Shown in pieces: positions 56,445-64,000 of a stretch of DNA of 64,000 nucleotides (position 1 is the first letter of the stretch; every line of letters begins with the position of its first letter). The notes below the pieces were generated by a model. That model was not told the DNA's origin and did not search any database. It saw only the letters and a program-made list of their open reading frames with translations. Source of the DNA: the human T2T-CHM13v2.0 reference genome, Homo sapiens; NCBI RefSeq assembly GCF_009914755.1, contig NC_060929.1; one strand, written 5' to 3'. Made by a program: the position numbers and the translations under genes.

Positions 56445-59400
56445 CAAAGTCTATTCCTTTCAGGAACTTACCAAGGGTCCCAAGTAACAAGGCCTCCAGT
56501 TCCCTCAAGTCGCCCCCATTTCATTTATAAACTAAAAGCAAATTTTCGGACCAATATGAATTAAAGGAGGTCACATTTCACTACGAGATATATGAATCAA
56601 ATTTAATTTTGCTCAGACAAACCCAAACGTCCTTTTTCAGGGAAATGAGTTTGATAAAATACACTCCAAATGAAAACAGCCTTCCTATTTTTTTTTTTTT
56701 AACAGTGGCCCGGGAGTTACAGACCCTGTCAGGCAAATTTGCCTAGGCATGTCAAACCCTCTATCACAGAAGAAGAGTTCTGCCTGAAAGATATCACATA
56801 AGCTGCCAATCCAAGATAACTCCCATCTCCCCCTATTTGAATGTGATCTTTTTAAATGACAATAATAATAATAATAATTTGCCAGCAAGCCTGCCTGGAA
56901 GACTTGCAGTTTAAAATCTGGTCATCTGGCGTTTACTGTGCCTAAATATAAATGATGTAGGACAAGCCCAGGTACTGAGTTTCCTCTTAGAATTTGGCCA
57001 ACGCAATTTGACCACGATATCCGTGGAAAAAAACGTTGTGCATCCGTTAATCTAACCTATTTAGTGTTTACTCTGCAAGCTAAAGTATCAGGGGTATGGA
57101 CATACCTGCCCTCGGTCTCGGTGAGCCAGCAATGTTCAGCGGTGTGTTCATGCCCAGGCAAGCGTAGACGCACTCTACGCTTACCAGTGTGAACGGTGTT
57201 GCAGTCTAGAATACTCCCCCAGCTTGGGGCCGGCCCTCGCCTTTCTACCGTGCCTGCGCCGTCGCCTACCACTTTCTTCCTGTGGTTTCTACCCCATTTT
57301 GCAGATTGCTGCGTATCCCAGTGTCGGCGATGGATAAACAGGTCTCGTCTCTTCCCAGTTGCAGCCCGTGAGCTGGTGGCACAACGGATTAATGAGGCAA
57401 CAGGGCTCTAGATGGTGAGTGGGATCAATGAGACCCAATTGAGCTGTTAGCGGTCTTAGGCGGAGAGCATCTCTCAGGAGGAAAGGAAGGCACAGCGAGA
57501 AGACCTAAGGCCGAAAGTCGCTGTGCAGCACCCACCCAAGGCTGGACTCGGGGGAGGTAGACGGGACGGTGTCTGTGACTAAACGGTTCCCACACCTTAC
57601 ACGCCGCACCGGGATTATGTTTTGAAAGGTGTCTTATAAAATCAAGACCGGTTCCTAACAACCTGCAAGTGCCAGTGAATCCCGAAATGTTTGTTTGAGG
57701 AGAGGGAGTGTGAGGGAAGGAGCAGAAAAAAGAAAGAGGGGGAGGATTGCCCAGTAGAATTTCAATAGAAAATGTGACTACCAGAATGGTTTCTGAATCT
57801 AGGATCTGCTCAGGCACAGGCGGAAAAGAACAGCTGTTAAAGAACTAAATATTATAGAAATAATCGGAAAATCGTGCTCAATTATGTTTGAGGGTTAGTA
57901 GTCAAATGATGGCTACAAATTTTTTTATGTTTCATGGCTTACTGGGATTGGGAAAAAAAATCTGCGTGGGGTCTGAGCACCTCCGTTCCAAGCTACGATG
58001 CATATGTTTTTTAAATGTGAATGTTTCCACTTGAAAACTAGAGCATGACGGATTAAAATGCAGGCAAAACCTAAGGGAGATTTTTAGAATGCACAGATGA
58101 CAACTCCAGGAAATATATTAACCCCAGCCACGGGCCAACTTTGTACTCAGTTTGAAATGCAGCTCTTCTTGGAAAATGCTTAATACAACAGTGAGAATCT
58201 AATGGAGGTTGGAATCTAAAAATCCACTTTCATGATATCTGCTGTTACAGTAATATAGACATACTGTAAATGTATTTTAAAATATATAGCCCGTTTAATT
58301 CCCCAGCTATAAATGACTGAGAAATAGAAAAAAGAGGGAGAGAAAGAGAGAATATTACTTTTTCCCCCCTTGAAGCAAATGCTTTATGAAGATCTCATTG
58401 GAATCCAGCAAATGATTAATGTGAAGATTTTGGAGGAAATCTGGGGAGCTGTATTAAAGCCTAGATCTCAGGTTCATTTCGATCAGCCAGCCGTGAACTC
58501 TGGGCTGAATTCATTACAGTTTAATAGTGCTGGGAGAGGAAGAAAATGCAATTTCTCATTCCATTAGAAAACTAGAAAATACTCTCAGTTTGTCCCCCTA
58601 TTAAGATGTGGCAGGTGACAGGGCCATTCTGGGGGACACGGTCAATGGAATTACAGCACACTATTTTTGTTCATATAAAATATTGAAAGGCAAGCCTGAC
58701 TGTGCAGAAGTTATTTTACTGATTTGGTTTTTATGTAAATAAAATATTGAAAGTTAATTAATCCATGCTAGAGACTAATGATTATGCTTATTATATTGCA
58801 TTTGATCACATAATTTGCATGATTCTCACATTGCTGCTTAATAAGCCATTCCAGGTTATAAATAATTCTGAAATTGGTTTCTAATAATGGCATGCTATAA
58901 AAGGAATGGTTTTATTACACTGGCCAGAAAAGAGGAGCTATATCAGACATGGAATTGGCCTCCATGTGAGTAGAGATGCTTTAATAAATACTTAAAAGTG
59001 TGATATATACCAAATAAAGATAAAAAATAAGTATATTGGATAATTTAGTCTAGAATCAAAAAGCATCTTTAAAAATATACAATTGCAATGAATTAAATGT
59101 TTAGATAATTTTTAATCAGCGCAGTGGCCCACATACTGAAAAGAATGTGTGGCAGTCTGTTAACTATAAAGAAAACTATGAAGTATTGATCATATAAGAA
59201 CATAAGCCAATTACTATTTAATTTGAATTTGGTCAAGGAGCAATGGTACAGTGAATTGTGAAGTAAATACATTTTCCATAAATTATTTTTGCATTACATT
59301 ACATAATGTTAATCATTTTGAAAAGTTAATTAAGAAGGTTATGTTGATCTGATTACTTTTTAAACTATGGAACATTATTTTTAAAAATATTGAAATTGCC

Positions 59401-60749
59401 ATTCTATTAAATTGTGTCTATCAGCAGGCTCAAGCTATTATCTTTGCTTGAACATTATGCTGGAACAATTAGAGTACTTTGTCTCTTTCTTCTTGTGCAT
59501 TCTTTTGTGTACTTTTTGAAAATAACTATTTCTGTTACATAGCTTATATTTTATTTCATTTACAACTTTTTCTGTTAAAAGAATAACTGTCATTAACCTT
59601 TGGAAGACCTAATAAAGTTTAATAGACCTCGTTTTCTTTTTTCATAAAATCAGTTGTTCAATTATATTTTATTTGTGATTCTAAGTTCTATTTTAATTTA
59701 AACTAATTGCCAGTATATCTAGGTTAAGACACAGCATTTTACCCTTTAAATACAGAATTAATAGATAATCTTTCTCTTAAAGGACAAAACCCCAAAATTT
59801 ATGAATTTCTAACCTGCAAAATTGAACCTACAAGCAAGCACTGTCATCAGTGTTGATGGAAGTATTGAAATTGTATATTTATGTAAAGGTTTAAACTCAA
59901 CTTCAGATATTTTTTAAAAGGTGAAAAATAAAAATTTTGAAGAGCATTACTAACACATGTTTACAGTTACACAATTAGTACTCTTTTGGTGTGTCGTTTT
60001 AAAAGACCATGGTCTAGGCCTTTCACTAGGAAAACCACCCAGACTTATATTGTATAAAAATGCTAATCATTATGTTAATCAACATTACTTTATTAATTTG
60101 ACCATTTTAAATCCCCAATAATATTCATTTGCTATTAGAGCAGAAGCATGCGCTATCTTTTCAGTTTAGACTATCTTTAAAATGCCGAATGGAGACAGAA
60201 ACATTCAACGCTGTGATTACGGACGTTCTCATTGCTTACTTCTTAGATCAAATGTAAAGTAACTAAGATCTTAAAGTTAATTTTATAAAAGTAGGTAGCA
60301 CTGGTTTAACAAATTGACCAGGTTGATGACACCCAGGATATCGTACAGAAAATACCACCGTCCAAGACGGCAAAGGAAGATTTTTCAGCACCCTGGATAG
60401 CTCAAGAGTGAGTACCGGCGCTTGGAATTTCACCTCCAGGCACCTGTCCATAAAATATTTGATATGTCTTCATTCTTTCTTTTAAAAAACAAAAAAAAAA
60501 AACAAACAAAAATCTGGGATTCACTAGGCTTATACTTTTATTCACCAATTTTCAGAATAATTATAGGTGTGATTTTCTAGGTTATATATAATTTACAGCT
60601 TGGAGAGTGGTTGGAGGAGAATAAGGGGTCAGCAATGATTTCCTCTACTGCCTGTCAACCTTTCCCGTTCTGAATGCCCCTTCTTCAGACATGATATCCA
60701 CAACAGAAAGCCTTCATTTCCCCTCCCCCACCGTAGCTTCCTTAGAGGA

Positions 60750-62250
60750 CTCCAAAACAAAACGGGGCTCACCGGCTTTGGGAATCTCGTCAGCTGCCCC
60801 CAGCGCACTGGTAGACTACGAAAGTTCAAACCCCTTGCAAACATCAAAGCTAGGAATATTTCGCCTGAGTGCAGAGGGAGGGTGATACTTAAGGTAATAA
60901 AGCCACGCCGTGAAACCTGGGTGTAGCACTTTTTTAAAAGGCGCTCATTCGCCTTATTTGCTCTTTTCTCTTGTTTTCTGTATAATTGTTGCATTCCTCC
61001 TTTTATCCAAACGCTTAACACAAACTCATTAGGGGGTAATATTTGTCAATAATGCGAGCAGGAGTTGAGGTGTGCGCTCGGCTGGGCCGCCCGGGGGGGC
61101 GCTGAGGTTGCCTTCTCAGGCGGAGGAGGCGAACCCTGTAGCCCGACAACGCCGGGCTTCGATTTTGAGGAGCTTCTTCCGGGATGTCGCTATACTGGCC
61201 GGAGACGGGCCTTGCGTGTCCATTGGGGGATGGCGATGGGGACCAGTTTCCGGGTAGAGAAGGAGATAACTCGATACAGGAACGCACAGGCAGCCTGAAA
61301 GCAGCCCAGGATCTCGACAGGGGAAGGGAAGACCCTGCTCCCTTTGCCCAAATCCTCCCGCCCTGTCCTTGCCTTCTGTCCCAGATCCCAAGCCCCTCGT
61401 ACCTGCACTCGGGACTCGGTCAGCCCGATACGCAGTGCCAGCTCCTCACGCATAAAGATGTCGGGGTAGTGAGTCTTGGCGAAGCTCCTCTCCAACTCGT
61501 TGAGCTGTGCGGGGGTGAAGCGCGTCCGGTGGCGCTTCTGCTTCTGTTGGCCCTGCTGCTGGCCGGCTTGGCTGGGGTTCGGGCCGCCCTGGGGCCCGGG
61601 CTGCTTGTCCGGGTCTTTGGCGCTCACCGCCAGCGAGGCCGGAGTAGAGCCCACTGTGGTGATGTCCTCCCCGGGCAGCAGAGTGGCTCCCTCCACTGGG
61701 TCAGAGTTGGGCGCCAGGTCCCCCGGATGGCCCCCGGGGTCGGAGCCCCCCACGCCCAGCCTACACTTCACCGCCTCCCGGTGGCCCAGAAGCTCGGCGG
61801 CATCTTTCATACCTGAGGAGGCAAGGGGATCGCGGTCACTACTTTCTTGGCGATGCCAGGAGGGGCTGTCTTCCCCGCGCAGCCTTCCTTCAACCCGTCC
61901 TCGGCCCCCTCCGCACCCGCGCTTGTCCTAAGGAAGAAACTCCCAGGGTATTCAGCTGGGTTCCCCAGAATTTGGACAGCCGGGTTGGAATAATATCTCC
62001 CGGCCCCTTGCCCTCGCCGCAGCCGGCTCCCGTAGTAAACAGCACAAGCTTTCGTCTCTCCCACAATAAAACACTCCCAGTCCCGGCAATAAAACATGCC
62101 TCTGAATCCCTTCCATAAACCGTACCCCAGGCGCCCCAGGAAATCGAGAGCAAATCTTTGGACACAGGGGTGCGGGGGGCAGAAAGAAAATTAAACAATT
62201 CCTCGGTTGCTGCGGCACCTGCGCTTCGGCAGCCTGACGAACTGTACCTC
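60750..62250. promoter_or_regulatory. CpG island over OTP exon 2
   Basis: High GC/CpG density. Confidence 0.85.
61403..61812 (-). CDS. OTP: OTP exon 2: N-terminal region and homeodomain helices 1-2
   Basis: CAG|GT ATG AAA GAT acceptor, [48 protein letters not shown], donor CAG|GTACGA; 410 nt keeps frame with exons 1 and 3 (37+410+531=978 nt, 325 aa). Confidence 0.97.
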
Positions 62251-63094
62251 CGGCCCTCAGCCTATTCCCTCTTACTTTCGGAAGATGAATAAGCCTCCAA
62301 GCTTTCACCCCCCGAAATCAACCCAAATCAGCTCCGCCTCCCCCTCAAATCAGAGAAAGTGTTTGGAAAATGGAGTCACATCCATCACCGAAGATTCCCA
62401 ATCCGGAAACCCAGAGCTCAGCAACCCAGATAGCATTAAGGAAACTCGAGTGAACTCTATGGACAACCGTGAATCAAACTTTAGAGATTTCAACTTTTCT
62501 TTCCAGAGAAATAAAAGGCGCATTCCTCACAGCCATTGGCAACGCTGAGTCCCTTGCAGAAGAGGGGGGGATGACTGTGAGGTTGAATTTGGCTTCTCTC
62601 CTTCTCAACCAGCACACTTAGCAAATCCGCCTTGATGGCAGCAGCTTCTCCTTTATGCCAGATTTTTTACAAATTACACCACACTTAGAAAAGGAGGAGA
62701 GAAGAAGATGGTGGGGAGAGAGAAACGGGGGGAGGGAAGGAGAAAGAAATCCCAAATCAAAACAAACAGGAGAGGGAAAAAAGAGAGAGAAACACCTCCT
62801 AACAAATTATCACGGGGTATATCGCCTTTCGAAAAAAAAAAAAAGGCGGGGGAGGGGGGAAGAGAAAAATAAGAAAAACAAAAAGTAACAACATTCCCCA
62901 ACTCCTTTCTTGGATCTACATATTCCATAGATTTTTTTTTAAAGGCGATGTTAAATCAAATTAAACTTTAATGCAGCACAATTACTTTTAAAGAAATTAG
63001 TCCATTTAGGTCGCATTAAGGTAAAATAAGGAACAAATTGACAATTTCCTGCCCCGGCTTCTCCTGGCTGCCCGGGCGAGAGGCGCGCACTCAC

Positions 63095-63131
63095 CTAGCC
63101 TGGCGTCCAGGAGGTCGGCATGAGACAGCAT
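63095..63131 (-). CDS. OTP: OTP exon 1 coding part (MLSHADLLDARL-G)
   Basis: ATG at 63131, donor TAG|GTGAGT at 63094, phase 1 matches exon 2. Confidence 0.93.
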
Positions 63132-63239
63132 CGCGCACCGCTCCAGGGCGAAAGCTGTTCCCCCCCAAATTTTAGCGGCTTTAAGTTATTTAAAATAGAT
63201 ATAAGCTATAAGCTATACGATATAGATATATATAGATCA

Positions 63240-64000
63240 CCTAAATGAAAGAAAATTCGGTTTGTGGTTAAAAAGGGGGCTTCTTGCATTATAATGTCCT
63301 TTAGAGAGACGGGGAGGTGCTTAACAGTTGAATGAACCCGTGAGCAGCTCGGCGAGGGGACCAATCAGGAGGGCAGCCTGCAAATGTCAGCGCCCGGAGA
63401 GTCCCCCACTCCGCCCGCCCGCTCGCCTGCGCCCGCCTGAAGGAGGCGGCGGCGGCAGCCCTGGCAGCTCCAGCCCGGAGCAGGAGCTAAAGCAGCCTCA
63501 GCCGCCTCGGCCTCGCCCTGAGCTTCTGGGCCCGGCTCCCTCTAGTTCTTCCCTGCGATTTTCTCCAGGCTCCCCTTTCCTTCCCCTTGGCCGGCGCTGC
63601 GCGCTTCGAAGGCGTAGCTCTGTGCCTCTGAGCTAACATCTTCCTAGGGCAGGGGCAGAGCAGGGGTCAGAGCGGGCCATGACCCTGGCGTGACCTGAGG
63701 GTCGCCCCCACCTGCGCTCTCTGGGCCTGCCGCTCATATTGGCCCGCCAGCCCAGGGCGCGACGAGGGCACACCGCGGCCTTCAGACAACGCCTGGACTT
63801 CGCCGCGGCTCAGTAGGCCTGCGCCTAGGGTCCAGGCGCCCTGGCTGTGCCCTGGGGTCTATACGAGCCCCAACCCCACAGTGGGCCTAGAGCGCAAAGA
63901 GGAGTCGGCTTCCCTGGCACCGCCAGCGCCCGCTGTCTGCTTTGGGGACCCTCGCGGAGTGTGGGTTCGAGCGCTCTGCACTCTTCTCACCGGGCTTCTT
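63240..64000 (-). promoter_or_regulatory. OTP: OTP promoter and CpG island
   Basis: TATA-like palindrome CATTATAATG 63287-63296, CCAAT at 63361, GC boxes CCGCCC 63411-63420, CpG-rich to window end. Confidence 0.75.

Noticed and set aside
61190-61402. ORF continuing past OTP exon 2 ([10 protein letters not shown]...)
   Set aside because: Read-through of the donor at 61402; the homeodomain continues correctly in exon 3

Overview
Human-type (primate) genomic DNA at the orthopedia homeobox (OTP) locus. The right ~11 kb holds the complete 3-exon OTP gene on the minus strand (CDS 63131-63095, 61812-61403, 55377-54847; 325 aa, paired-like Q50 homeodomain, poly-Ala and OAR domain). It lies among CpG islands in a zone nearly free of transposons. 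The left ~49 kb is saturated with mobile elements: a full-length but inactivated L1PA3/4-type LINE-1 with TSDs, older L1 fragments, about 16 Alu/FLAM copies, MaLR LTRs and Tigger/Charlie DNA-transposon fossils. An RPL7 processed copy with an intact ORF sits inside an old L1. The most unusual signals are four. (1) A 115-bp mosaic at 49777-49891 is built from three short near-exact copies of unique sequence 1.1-3.1 kb away plus fold-back pieces, which looks like a fossil templated-insertion scar. (2) A near-perfect RFX X-box at 45215 is followed on the minus strand by a short ATG-to-donor exon. (3) The L1 keeps an intact antisense ORF0 although ORF1 and ORF2 are dead. (4) Splice and YY1 signals suggest a transcript antisense to OTP. 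I found no convincing new protein-coding system. All calls were made by eye; repeat subfamily names and boundaries are approximate.
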